DNA of 64,000 nucleotides from Chrysomallon squamiferum (GCA_012295275.1 CM022667.1:8618001-8682000), one strand, 5' to 3'. Shown: positions 11,001-22,512, counted from the stretch's first letter. A program made the numbers and translations. The notes: generated by a model from the sequence alone, not told the origin.

Positions 11001-12856
11001 GAAATACTCAAGTTTCTAAAAACTATTTCAATGATCAACAAATAAAGATGCAGTGTTTAATGCAGGAGTGATTCTTGAGCAATTGCGACTAAATAAAACA
11101 CTTCAAAATATATTATTCTTTTCACATTTACCATCATCATCAAAATATAATGAAAAGAAGAAATGTTATTATTACTGCTATTAGTATTACTATTAAAATG
11201 CAATTATTTTTTAGATTCATGTTCTTAAAATAATCAATAAAAAAAAATTTCTAATATGGTGATTTAAGAATAAGAATTTACATATATATATATAATTTCA
11301 AAGAAGATAACAGAATAAAAATGGAAGTTTCTTGTTTGCGTTGTTTTAATTACCATTACATGTTTCTTGGTAAGTTTTCACTGTTAAATATATTTTGTTT
11401 TATGTCATAAATGTACACCAAACCATAAACAATACAAATAAGCGATAATTATTAGAAAAGATTTCTGTGGAAGCCCTTGCTTGGATGTTATTTTTTTAAA
11501 GCAGTTGTTACAATAATAACCTTTAAACATTTTTAAAAATAAAGAAAACATATCCTGGAAGACCATGATAAGGCACATTTCTTTTTAAAAAATTTAATTA
11601 TCAAAATTATTTTCATTTCAGTAATAAGAAAAAACATTATAAAGGCACTGAATAAATTTGATAAAAAATAATTATAACAAATATGTCACAACAAATGTTA
11701 GAAATCTATATATATGTGTTTGTTTGGAATGAGGACTGATCAGTTACAGTTGGGAACATTTCAAGATTTACTGGTTAAATCAGTATCATCTGAGTTATAT
11801 AAATTTATGTATGCATCTGAAGATTACTGTAACTAGTTCAACAGTGGAATAATGAGTGAAACATTGCGGGACAACACATACCACAATCACTTTAGAATGC
11901 AAAAATGACACATTTACTGATAAAGTTCAGACTGACTAACCAACATTTAACAAACAGACTGAAAGAAAAGATAAAACAGAGTAGAACAACAACAAAAAAA
12001 TTCTTCCTTCAAATATTTACATATTAACAAATTTCTACAATTTTATTTTCAGTATTTTAGTGTTTACTTAATTAGTTGTGTTTTGGTTTCTTTGCTTTGG
12101 GTCCATATTATTTTTAATCCATCAAAATTTTGATAATTTGTTATTTATTTTATTAATTTAAAAAAAAAAAAAAAAATTGTTTTCATCAAACAGAAAAATC
12201 CTAACATAAGTTTGAATTAAAATTTTCATTCCTTACTCTCATGTCTTAAAATGAAGAGGTTAAAACTGAACTGCAGAATTAACTTTCAAAGTGACTTTGT
12301 GAAGAAGTGTCAGCGATGTTGTTGTATGTAATGAAGTGGGACAGTGACATACATGTTTAGATTATTAATAAATATTCATACTTCACAGAGAACATCACAA
12401 AGAGACTGTTCTTCGGGAAGCAGTGGTTACAGTAATCACAGAACAGTGGGCTGTAAAAGCATAAATTAAACAGACGTTCATTTGAGATCCCCAGATCAAC
12501 AGCGAATCATAACTTTACAAAAACATTTCTTTTAAAAAAGCCCAATATATATATATATATGTATGTATGTATATAATATATGTGATAATATAGATACACT
12601 CTGTTTAAAGATACAAACATCATTATTAAAAAAAAACAAAAAACATATTCAAAGCATACAATTTACAATGAGATGAAATACATCAACACACTGTCAAAAT
12701 AACGTGAATATTAGAGTTCATTAGGTTTTCATTCAGGAAAATAACTTTCTTCTGTAAGATTTACAAATTTCTCTGGTTTTTAGTTATTCAATGTTCATTT
12801 CAAAACATACAAAATTTTTAAATTATAATAATAATAAATAAATAAATAATAATAAC

Positions 12857-12905
<49 letters not shown>

Positions 12906-13424
12906 TTTTTTTTGTTATTACCTATAATAAGAGAAAAAAAGAAAGAAAAAAAAAAGAATTCATTGCATACAGAGTCAATATAAATGATTTAACTACTGCT
13001 AAATTTTTCTTATTTTCGCTCTTCTAACAAACAACACTAAAACACATTGCACGTCGTAAAGGCAGTGTTGAAAATACCGAACCAATTCAGATATCTTCAC
13101 TTCTACATCAGCAAACATAATCTTAAATAATATCTAATAATAAAATTTTTAAAATAATTTAAAAATTAATAATAATAATAATAATAATACTATAAAAAAA
13201 GCAATTAAAAAAATTCAAAAATTAATAATAATACTATAAAAAAAGCAATTAAAAAAATTCAAGAAGTTCATTTACACATAAGGACATAATTAAATGTTAC
13301 AAATTAAATACAGGAATCACACTGCTTGTAGTATTATTAGAAAGTTATGTACAAAACTAAATTTTCATCAGTGATATTTATGTTTCTGATGTAAGTTTTG
13401 TTTTAACTGCACCTTTGAATAAAA

Positions 13425-13680
13425 CCAAGTAATACCAGTTCTTTCCCAGAACTAAGTAAAAAAAAAAATAAAAAAACTGTCCCACAACTAAGTAAAACTT
13501 GTTCCTTCCTAGAACTAAGTATAATGTGTTTTTTCCTAGAACCAACTAAAATTTGTTCTTTCCTAGAACTAAGTAAAACTTGTTCTTTCCTGAAACTAGT
13601 TCTTAAAACCTATTCTTTCCTAGAACTGAATTTAACTTGTTCCTTTCTAGAATTGTTAAATTTATTCTCTCCCAGAAATA
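13425..13680. repeat. Degenerate ~27-bp minisatellite (TTCTTTCCTAGAACTAAGTAAAACTTG)
   Basis: About 8 recurrences of ttcctagaac-like cores. Confidence 0.8.
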
Positions 13681-14676
13681 ATAAATTTCTTTTCATTTCC
13701 ACACTTTTTCACTGGACTGTGTAACAAGTTCAAAAATACAACATTTCACATCAATCTCAGATTTCATTTTCTTTACAATCATTATCCTTGTAATTACTTT
13801 CTTATTCAAAAGAGCAGTATAAACAAAATTCACCAACGTACAGAACACTGTCCTAATTAATCACTAGACAGTTTTCATTTTTTGTCAAGTTTTGTTTTAG
13901 GCCAGAACAGTTTTTCAACATATCACCCACTTCAGCAATGAAAAAAAAAAAAAAAAATTAAAAAATTACAAAAATTATCTGGTGAATATAGCACACACCA
14001 GTAATACATAAAGTTTTATTTTATTGCTAAGGGAATGTATTTCTGTATAATTAAACAAAAATTAACAACAATGAAAAGGAATGTGCATAACGTATACTTT
14101 GTAAAGTTGTATTAAAGAATTATCTTTTCTAAGAAGGTGACCTTTATATACAGGTTAAAAAATAGATATATATATATATATATACAATTATCATCATAAT
14201 TGTTGCCCTAACACACCAATACACACACACCCACATACATACACCCATGAAAAAAAAAGGACAAAAAAAAAAGAAGACAGATATACATGTACAAAGAAAA
14301 GTAACCAAATAATAATGGCAACAAGTGTAACAAATATATAAAATTATAATGTTCATAGCTCAGCCTTCAGAGTGGTTAATATTAAATATACATCGCTAAG
14401 TTTGTACATGATATGAAAAGTCATAAAATATACTCATTTCGGTAATTACAGATATCCTCATAGGAATGTCTAATGGCACTTTGTGCATTGCCAAAGATCA
14501 CAATAGATGCATGGAATGTTGCATAATTATAAACGTGCAGGTTCTCTCTTCTTCAGTGGAACAGTTAGTGCATGGATGTTCCATAGCTGTGAAATACAGA
14601 TATATTAAACAGCAAAGTCACATCTCATTTCTCTCATGACTCACTTCAACTTACATTATCAGTGTTTGCACTGAAC

Positions 14677-14717
<41 letters not shown>

Positions 14718-14918
14718 TTATTTTTGCTCTTTATGCTACAGAAGTAATCTATGTCAGAAACGTTCGAGCAATCTTCAACTGATAAAATCTTTTATAAGAT
14801 ATTCTGCCATTAATTCTGAACTAATCAAACAGCTAATTTGTTCTTTTTAAGTGAATGTCTCTGGCAACGGCTAAAATGTTCGTTACTCAGAAGACTGCAG
14901 TCATTTGGAAGCTACTTT

Positions 14919-17900
14919 TCAATGTCCTATCAAGTGAAGATTTTCGTGCTGGAGCATGCCCTCTCTGTTCTGAAACTCACGCTCACAGTACTGGCACACA
15001 TAGACCTTGGTACACTGCGGTACTTTGACAATGTCAGCAGCATCGCCGCCTCTGTTGTCTGCTGTTCTCTGCATCTCTTGCTCTGTGGAATCAGGAGTGT
15101 GTTCATCCTCGGACTCCATCCTGAGCTGAGTAACTGATCTGCCCTTAGGTTGATCTCGTATTGCTTTCTGCTCTGGAATGTTGTTGTTGTTTTCTCGTTT
15201 ACGTTGAGCCATCACCTGTTTCAGCGTGGTCATGTCAATGGGAGAGGCCGGGAAGTGCACCTGGACGTGGTCCAGCAGGTCACTGTCCTGGGAACAGCTG
15301 AGGTCGCAGTATGGACAAAGGAGTCGGTCACGCATCCCGTGATGGAAGTCGTGGTCCTCCAGTTTCTTCTTTGACGGCGTGCTGAATGGACAGCGGTCAC
15401 ACTTGAGTTCAGCTTCATCACTGACGTCGCTGTTTGTCTGGTCATCGGGGTCATCAGGTGAGTTGAAGTACAGCTGAGGGGTGACAGCCTCCAAATCACC
15501 TTGTTCATACGTTTTATACTTCGTGTCATTGAGAGGAGGTGACTCGGAGTTCCTTCTCTCCTCGTGAATATTTTTGTGCTGCTGAACGTCGCTGTAGTCG
15601 TCTGAGCTGAAGTCGCAGTACGTACAAGTGAACTGACGTGCCGAGGCGTGCATGGCGATGTGTTCGTTCAGAACCTGCACACTGGGACTGTGGTATGGAC
15701 ACTTCGGACACTTCATCTGTTCTGAGTTTGTGTTGTCATCGTCGTGCAGTCTCATGTGCTGGTTGAGGAGGTTGAAGCGGTCGACGCTGTATGAACAGTG
15801 GGAACACGTGTACCTGGCGTTCATCCGGTGAAGAACTTTGTGGTAAGTGAAGCTGTTTTTGTTGTTACTCCTGAACGGACAATGTTTACACGAATATATC
15901 TTTTTCAGACTCCCAGGTCTCGAGTCTAACGACGAGTTCATTTCAGAAAGTTCTCCTGAATTTACATCTTCTTTGTCCACTTCATTCGTAAAATCTTCAA
16001 TCTGAGCTCGGAACTTCCTGGGTGCTTCCAGTGCATACTCTCGGTTGATGAAGTTGATTTCATCAAAGTTTGGCTCATACATTTCTTCTTTAGCATGCAC
16101 CTTCCTGTGCTGGTAGAGCAGGTTCAGTCTGTCCACACTCCAGTCACAGTGGTCACAGATGTACTTCTTGTTCAGGCCATGCATGTGTGTGTGCACACTG
16201 AAACTCTTCACAGAGTTTGACCCATATGGACAAGACTTGCAGAGATAGCGCATCCCTTCCTCCATGTCACTTTCTACCACACCGCCAACAGACGAGGAAA
16301 CTTTGTCCTGATTCTCAGTTTCAGCCAAGCTGTTCTCCAGGTTGATTGTCTCCCTGTTGAGCAAGTCAGACGGCAATGGATCTGGATCGAAGCCTTCTTC
16401 TTCCGAGTGAAGTTTGCGGTGCTGTGTGAGCAGGTTGAGGCGCTCCAGACTGTAAGAGCAGAAGTCACACTTGTACCTGTACATGGCTCCATGCAGCTTC
16501 TCGTGCTTGTTCAGTTCAAACAAGGAATTGCTGCTGAAAGGACATTCATTACATCTGTAACTTCTTGGGTGTTTTTCACTGTTCAGTTTATCATTTTCGT
16601 CAACATCCATCGCTTCTTCTGCAGTCCCTGCACCTGCTGCTTCATCCTCGACGTCTGTGACCTCGAGCTGATCCTCCATCTGTTCAGGCTTCACTTCATC
16701 CATGCTGCTTGTATCTGCTGTTGGGGTAGACGAATCAAGATTTATTGGTTCAAAAGGATCCATGATGACGTCCTGGAAGCGTTTGATCTTCGGCTGATTG
16801 ATACGCTTCATTTCATCCTCGTGAAACTTGATGTGCTGGTGAAGCAGATATTCCCTCACTGCACTGTAGCTGCACCTCCAGCACTTGTACCGACTCTTGA
16901 CGATGTGCTGCTTGCGATGTTTTATCAGGTTGTTTTTGCAGAACGTGTGATACGGACATCGTGAACACTTGTATCTGATTCTACCGTTCAGTTTGGATCG
17001 CGCCAGGACCTGCTTTGCCTGATTTGTCAGCATCTTTGACGCCACACATGAAGCTGTCTGCGCCTTGTTGCTGACTGCATTCTTGTCAACAGATTTCAGA
17101 TTTAACAAGCTGGTGAAGTATTCCTTCTCAGGCATGCTCTTGACAATACCTTTCTGGTTTTCGTGGACTTTGGCGTGCTGTGTGAGGAGTGGAAGGCGGT
17201 CGACGCTGTAGCTGCAGTGCTCACAGCGATACTTGCCGTTGTAGCTGTGCATTTCAAGGTGACGCTGGAAGATATCCCGAGAGCGGATTCTGAACGGACA
17301 TCGAGGACAGTTCAACAGTGTCATTGAGCTATCCGCTTTATCTGGACTTTCACTTTCTGGCTTTTCGTCCATCTCCAAGTCAGCCGGGGCAACTTCAATA
17401 TTTTTGTTCACTTCAATGATGGCCTGCTCGTTAGGATGGACAGTCTCAGTGTGGTGGTACATGAGATTCAGGTTGTCTATGCTGTAGCTACAACTCTTAC
17501 AGTGATACTTCCTGTTCGACCCGTGTTGGCGGACATGGTCTGATGTTTGTGATGCACTGTCACTGATGTAGTTACATTTGGGACATTTGTAATTTTTCTG
17601 ACCATCAATGCTGCAGATCTGGATTGGAACACCTCTCCATGTTGTTTGTTCTTTCAAAACTAGAATAGGTTTTGTGCTTCTGTCTTCAGGATTCTTCTTA
17701 TCTTTTTCTTCAAATGACCCACCAGACATGCTGGCATTTTCACTTTTAATGAGTGCATCTGATTTAATTAGCTTTTCTTCTGACCCGTTTTCCTTTGCAA
17801 TGGGATTTTCTGTCGTGGTTCCAGATCCTTTCCACTGGTCCGGGTGAGTTCCTTTCATGTGCTGGTACAGCAGATTCAGTCTGTCGATGCTGTAGTCACA

Positions 17901-20900
17901 GAACCAGCAGGTGTGCTTGCAGTTGCTTCCATGTCGCTCAATGTGTCTCAGGTAGGTTACAGCATTGGGTGCAGTGAAAGGGCACTTGGTGCACTGGAAG
18001 GATCGAGCTTTCTTCTGTGGGTTTGTAGTCTTTCTAGCTTTCATGATGGCTTCTGAAGGACTCACATAGGGTGGAGGTGGATTACGAGGAGCTGCCATCA
18101 GTTGATCACTTGTCAACTGTCTCATGTTCTGAAGAGCCTGCTTGTAGCTGGGAACAGGCATCTTAGCAGTCTGGTCTGGCACGTATCCTGCACTGGTTAA
18201 ACTGGACTGCAACACTCTGTATGTTGTTGATGGTGCTGATGTCTGTGCCAGCCCCTGTGAGGAGCCTGTCTGTAAAGCCACCTGACTCTGTTTAAGTCTC
18301 TCCCTCAGTTCTTGTTTATGGAGGTCAATAGGATGGACATTCTGAGCATGCTGGTAGATGGTTGATATGTGGGCAAATGTTGCTTCACACCATTCACACT
18401 GGTACCGCCTCAGTGAATCACTTTGTGCAATTGGGGCAGGCTGGATGCTTCTGAAAGTTGACTGACTTCTTGCTTTGTGGATACCATTCATGGCAGAGTA
18501 TTTTTCAGACTCAGACTGTCTGGCATCTTGTGCTGTGGTGAAAGTTCCTGACTGACTCTGATGAACAAGAGGTGGAAGGTTTAGGTGAGGGAAGCCAATG
18601 CTGGCCATGAAGTTCTGAGTCTCACTGTGACTTGACTGGTTTATTTGAGGATAACTATCTTCTGATGATGTGACATTTGAAGGTTTACTGTTTGATATCT
18701 GCATGGCTTCAACATCATCAGAATCATTGCTGTCATCCTTGAAGAACGTTTCCCATTCATCAGGATTAAATTCAGAGTGCTGTATTATGTGGTCTAGCAG
18801 TGAATCCTTGTCATGCACACTGACGTCACAGTAGAAACACTTGTAAACCTGTTCTGACTCGTGATCATCTTCATGGATTTGCATTGTTTCACGTTTGGTG
18901 CATGTGAAGTTGCACTTTGAGCACTGGAAAGTTTTCACTTGTTTTCGAGGATGTCTTAATCTGGCATCATCAACATCGTCATTTTTGTTTGTATCGCCAT
19001 TATGCTGCAGGAAATGGTGAGACTGAGAATGGGTTACTCTGTGCTGCAGAAATGATGAGAGGTCATTGCCTTGGAAATTGCACTGCTTACACTTGAACTT
19101 GGCTGATTCGGTGTGAGTCTTCAAGTGGTTGTCCAGCAACTCCTGACTGTATGCTATGTATGCACACTTGCTGCATTTCACAAACAACTTTTCCTGTACC
19201 TCTTCATGATCACCGTCTGCTAGATTGGCATCTTCAATGTTGATGTTGCTGTTCTTGTCAACTGATGGATCAGCGTAGTGGTTGTAGGACTGGATATGTT
19301 TCTTCAGGTCACACTTCCACCTGGAACTGTAGCCACACACTCTGCAGGAGAAGGGCTTGTCTTCAGAATGAAGTACAGAATGGCGTTTCAGCTCAGCAGG
19401 GCTGTGGCCAATAAATGGACATTCCAGACAATGGTAAAGACCTTGATTGATTAAACTTCGAAATACTGGCTGCTTGTGTGGTTTTGTTGGCTGGATGAGG
19501 GGTGGTGGTGGAGGCAATGTCTTTGCTTTCAGTTTCGGCAACGGAAGTTTAGACCGGTCTGTTGATGTTGTGTTTCTCTCAGCATTTGTCATCACTGGAA
19601 GGATGACAGTCTGTGATCCTGACACACTGGAATTGAGAAGATAAGCTACTGGCTGTGGTGTTTGTTGATGCAAATTTCCTTCTGGCATCACAGTGACATT
19701 GGGTGGAGCTATTTTCTTCATTTTTGTGGTGTCAATGACATCTTTGATCGTTCCACCTCCACAACGTTTCATGTGTTTAACGACGTCCCACTTCCACTTG
19801 CTCTTGTAGTTGCATCGAGGACAATGGTACGGCTTTTCGTCAGAATGGTTTTTCATGTGCTGAGTTATTTCAGACGGCCACCTGGCTCTGTATTCACATC
19901 GAGGACACTTGTAAGGAAGCAAAATATCAGTATTACTAGATCCACTGTTTTGATTCGAATGATTTTCATCTGAATGTTTGCCTGAATGATTGTTTAGTCG
20001 CTGTCGAACTGCTGCAGCTACTGCCTTCTGGGTCTCCTCTGTGATTGGTCGTTTGCTCTCACTGTTCCCATCATGCCTGAACAGATCATCACAGTCTTCT
20101 AATGTGTGCACATTGGTGATTCTAATTTGACTTATATCATCACTATCACTTCCTTTTTCCTTCAGTTCCATTGGAGTTGGTTCTGAAGATGGTCTTTCAG
20201 TTTTGATGTCTTGGAATCTCTGATCAGCTTTAATCAAACTTGGAAGATCATCAGGAGAGAGACTCTTCGGAGTCAACCCCAAAGATCGTGACTCAAGATC
20301 CTGCATATCTGAGTCTGACAACCTGCGCCTCTTCCTGGGTGGTTCATCAGGCCAGTTGTTTGTTAACAGTGATGGCACGTCAACCAAAGCTGAAGCTGTT
20401 TTAGCTGTGTGGTCGTTGGCCTCATCGTTTATTACAGAAGATGATTTGCCATTGCCTCCAGTTTCACGTCTCTTGTACGGATTTGGCAGAGAATGGTGGC
20501 TCTTCTCAAAGTGCTTCACCAGGTCCCACTTCCATTTGTACGTGGATCCACAGACCATGCAGATAAATGGTCGCTCTTCTGAATGTGAAACAGCGTGTTT
20601 CTGCAGCTCAGCAGGCCATTTGGCAACAAAGTCGCACATATTACATTTAAGCTGTTTCGAGTCAGGTGATGACAGCTCTTGTGCATTCAGGCCAGTGATG
20701 GTGTTCAGAGGCATCTTCAGAAGATGATATGTCTGCTGCAGGCCGTGAGGTATCTTCTGTATTGCATCTTTGTGTTCTTTGATTTTCTCGGCATGACTTT
20801 CAAGAAAGTGCTTGTTAAGTTCATCCACTCCGTTGAAGTGCTCCTGACATTCAGCACACTTGAACGCTCTCTTGTTCAGGTGCAGAGTCATGTGTGAACT

Positions 20901-22457
20901 ATAGTCTACCAGAGTTTTTGCAACAAACCCGCACTTGGTACACTGAAGAATGGCAGCCTTTGACTCTGGTGCCTTCTTAATCTGATCATCATCTCCATCC
21001 CAAAGGGGCTCCATCTTGATTTTGAAGAAATCTGGATTCAGAGTTTCATTTTCTTCTTTCTTCACAGAAAAATCGAGTGGTTCGTTCTGCATATTACTAG
21101 CACCTGCACTGGAGCCTGCTGCATCTCCAGCCCGAGAAGCAGATGGATCTTTAGTGACTGGTTGAGAATACACTGGACGAGCAGAGTTAGTGATGAATGG
21201 TCCAATGTAATTTGGTATTATCAAAGTTGTTAAAGGAGAATCTCTGCTGTCTTGAGTAGTTGAAGGACTGCTTCTGTTCATGCTGGTTGGTGTGTCTGAT
21301 CTCGACTGACTGGGTGAAGATCCAGACTGTGCTTGCCCATTCATTCCACTGTTTGACAGGATACTGTTACTGTAAATTCGTCGTCTTCCATAGATGGTAT
21401 GATTCCCCGAGTTAACAAGGTACATCAAACCTGGTGGTCTTTTGCTGTTATCTGGAACCTCACTGCTGTGTTTCTCTTTCCAGTGTTTGTTCAAAGACTT
21501 TCTCCATTTGTAGATATTTCCACAGCAGGAACATGCAAATTTGATTCCAGAGTCATCAACAACTTCAAAATATTTAGCTGGGTCCACTTCTTGTCTTGTC
21601 TTTTTCTTTTTCTCTGGAGCAGCAACTGCAGCAGCAGTAGCAGTTTCTTCAGGAGCCACAGGTTCAACTGTGACAATTTCTTCTTCGTCATCCTCTTCCT
21701 CCTCAGCATCCTCCTCAGCGTCATCCTCAATGTTCTCCATCTCTCGCATTTCTTTTTCAGTCAGACTGCTGTTGGGTGTGATGCTCAGGTCATCCTGGTC
21801 TCGCCCCAAAGCCAAAAGCTGACCATCCTGGCCAGAGAAATGAAGTTTTCTGTGTCTTGGTAATTTCTGTTTGTACTTGGTTGCATACTCGCATATATCA
21901 CATTCATAAATAATAAAGTCATGTTTGTGTTCATCTTTCTGATGATGGAGGAATGTTTTGGCACTTGTTGACGTAAATTCACACACACCACAGACATACG
22001 TTCTGTTCTGGATGTTTCCACAACGTGTCGGAGTCACCGGGGTGGTTTCCCCTTCCTCCGCAATAATCAGCCTTCCACTCTCATCCTGTTCATCGTCATT
22101 GAGCATTTCGTCTGAAAAGGAACTGTCTCCATTGACGTAATCATTTCCTTGCACTTCAGCCATTGTCGTGGAATGTTCGTTAGCATCAGTGGAATGTTCA
22201 GAGCTGCTTCTGGAAGACCTTGGTTTTCCTGGAATGTTGCTGCTTTTCAGACTGTTTCGTCTCTGAGAACTGTTCTCCACCTTTTCCTTGTCCTCGTTTT
22301 CGCCGTGGGCAGTCATCTGATGATGAAGAAATTCTTTTGAATCTGTGCAGGTGAATCGACACTGCTTACAAAACCGGTTGCGACCTGTCACTTTAGGCTG
22401 TGCATCTCCTGTCTCTGTTTCTTCAGAGGTCACAGCATTATCCACTTCGGACGACAT
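14919..22457 (-). CDS. Large multi-C2H2 zinc-finger protein (2512 aa, about 36 fingers: 16 pairs plus 4 singletons), single coding exon; probable transcriptional regulator
   Basis: Uninterrupted 7.5-kb ORF with repeated CxxC-x12-Hx3-5H motifs. ATG in acaacaATG context with an in-frame TGA 15 nt upstream. NLS-like PPRKRRR, PLDFS, several psiKxE motifs and PPPPY. Orthology not recognisable by eye. Confidence 0.95.
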   Translation of the reverse strand: MSSEVDNAVTSEETETGDAQPKVTGRNRFCKQCRFTCTDSKEFLHHQMTAHGENEDKEKVENSSQRRNSLKSSNIPGKPRSSRSSSEHSTDANEHSTTMAEVQGNDYVNGDSSFSDEMLNDDEQDESGRLIIAEEGETTPVTPTRCGNIQNRTYVCGVCEFTSTSAKTFLHHQKDEHKHDFIIYECDICEYATKYKQKLPRHRKLHFSGQDGQLLALGRDQDDLSITPNSSLTEKEMREMENIEDDAEEDAEEEEDDEEEIVTVEPVAPEETATAAAVAAPEKKKKTRQEVDPAKYFEVVDDSGIKFACSCCGNIYKWRKSLNKHWKEKHSSEVPDNSKRPPGLMYLVNSGNHTIYGRRRIYSNSILSNSGMNGQAQSGSSPSQSRSDTPTSMNRSSPSTTQDSRDSPLTTLIIPNYIGPFITNSARPVYSQPVTKDPSASRAGDAAGSSAGASNMQNEPLDFSVKKEENETLNPDFFKIKMEPLWDGDDDQIKKAPESKAAILQCTKCGFVAKTLVDYSSHMTLHLNKRAFKCAECQEHFNGVDELNKHFLESHAEKIKEHKDAIQKIPHGLQQTYHLLKMPLNTITGLNAQELSSPDSKQLKCNMCDFVAKWPAELQKHAVSHSEERPFICMVCGSTYKWKWDLVKHFEKSHHSLPNPYKRRETGGNGKSSSVINDEANDHTAKTASALVDVPSLLTNNWPDEPPRKRRRLSDSDMQDLESRSLGLTPKSLSPDDLPSLIKADQRFQDIKTERPSSEPTPMELKEKGSDSDDISQIRITNVHTLEDCDDLFRHDGNSESKRPITEETQKAVAAAVRQRLNNHSGKHSDENHSNQNSGSSNTDILLPYKCPRCEYRARWPSEITQHMKNHSDEKPYHCPRCNYKSKWKWDVVKHMKRCGGGTIKDVIDTTKMKKIAPPNVTVMPEGNLHQQTPQPVAYLLNSSVSGSQTVILPVMTNAERNTTSTDRSKLPLPKLKAKTLPPPPPLIQPTKPHKQPVFRSLINQGLYHCLECPFIGHSPAELKRHSVLHSEDKPFSCRVCGYSSRWKCDLKKHIQSYNHYADPSVDKNSNINIEDANLADGDHEEVQEKLFVKCSKCAYIAYSQELLDNHLKTHTESAKFKCKQCNFQGNDLSSFLQHRVTHSQSHHFLQHNGDTNKNDDVDDARLRHPRKQVKTFQCSKCNFTCTKRETMQIHEDDHESEQVYKCFYCDVSVHDKDSLLDHIIQHSEFNPDEWETFFKDDSNDSDDVEAMQISNSKPSNVTSSEDSYPQINQSSHSETQNFMASIGFPHLNLPPLVHQSQSGTFTTAQDARQSESEKYSAMNGIHKARSQSTFRSIQPAPIAQSDSLRRYQCEWCEATFAHISTIYQHAQNVHPIDLHKQELRERLKQSQVALQTGSSQGLAQTSAPSTTYRVLQSSLTSAGYVPDQTAKMPVPSYKQALQNMRQLTSDQLMAAPRNPPPPYVSPSEAIMKARKTTNPQKKARSFQCTKCPFTAPNAVTYLRHIERHGSNCKHTCWFCDYSIDRLNLLYQHMKGTHPDQWKGSGTTTENPIAKENGSEEKLIKSDALIKSENASMSGGSFEEKDKKNPEDRSTKPILVLKEQTTWRGVPIQICSIDGQKNYKCPKCNYISDSASQTSDHVRQHGSNRKYHCKSCSYSIDNLNLMYHHTETVHPNEQAIIEVNKNIEVAPADLEMDEKPESESPDKADSSMTLLNCPRCPFRIRSRDIFQRHLEMHSYNGKYRCEHCSYSVDRLPLLTQHAKVHENQKGIVKSMPEKEYFTSLLNLKSVDKNAVSNKAQTASCVASKMLTNQAKQVLARSKLNGRIRYKCSRCPYHTFCKNNLIKHRKQHIVKSRYKCWRCSYSAVREYLLHQHIKFHEDEMKRINQPKIKRFQDVIMDPFEPINLDSSTPTADTSSMDEVKPEQMEDQLEVTDVEDEAAGAGTAEEAMDVDENDKLNSEKHPRSYRCNECPFSSNSLFELNKHEKLHGAMYRYKCDFCSYSLERLNLLTQHRKLHSEEEGFDPDPLPSDLLNRETINLENSLAETENQDKVSSSVGGVVESDMEEGMRYLCKSCPYGSNSVKSFSVHTHMHGLNKKYICDHCDWSVDRLNLLYQHRKVHAKEEMYEPNFDEINFINREYALEAPRKFRAQIEDFTNEVDKEDVNSGELSEMNSSLDSRPGSLKKIYSCKHCPFRSNNKNSFTYHKVLHRMNARYTCSHCSYSVDRFNLLNQHMRLHDDDNTNSEQMKCPKCPYHSPSVQVLNEHIAMHASARQFTCTYCDFSSDDYSDVQQHKNIHEERRNSESPPLNDTKYKTYEQGDLEAVTPQLYFNSPDDPDDQTNSDVSDEAELKCDRCPFSTPSKKKLEDHDFHHGMRDRLLCPYCDLSCSQDSDLLDHVQVHFPASPIDMTTLKQVMAQRKRENNNNIPEQKAIRDQPKGRSVTQLRMESEDEHTPDSTEQEMQRTADNRGGDAADIVKVPQCTKVYVCQYCEREFQNREGMLQHENLHLIGH

Positions 22458-22512
22458 TGTTGTGTGTGGTCAGCTCCACCCCGAGGGCCCCCGAAAATTG
22501 TTGTTTCCTCCT
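22458..22512 (-). other. 3' splice acceptor and 53-nt 5' UTR segment of the zinc-finger coding exon
   Basis: Minus strand reads tgttttgttatgtctttcag|GAGGAAAC with the exon starting at 22510; composition switches to intronic microsatellite just upstream. Confidence 0.8.

Noticed and set aside
14919-22457. Naming the gene REST, hunchback or ZNF142
   Set aside because: Finger style is loosely similar, but the diagnostic finger clusters were not recognised; a database search is needed.
22470-22472. Upstream in-frame TGA as selenocysteine or readthrough extending the protein
   Set aside because: No SECIS recognised and no in-frame upstream ATG in the exon; it is more simply a 5' UTR stop.
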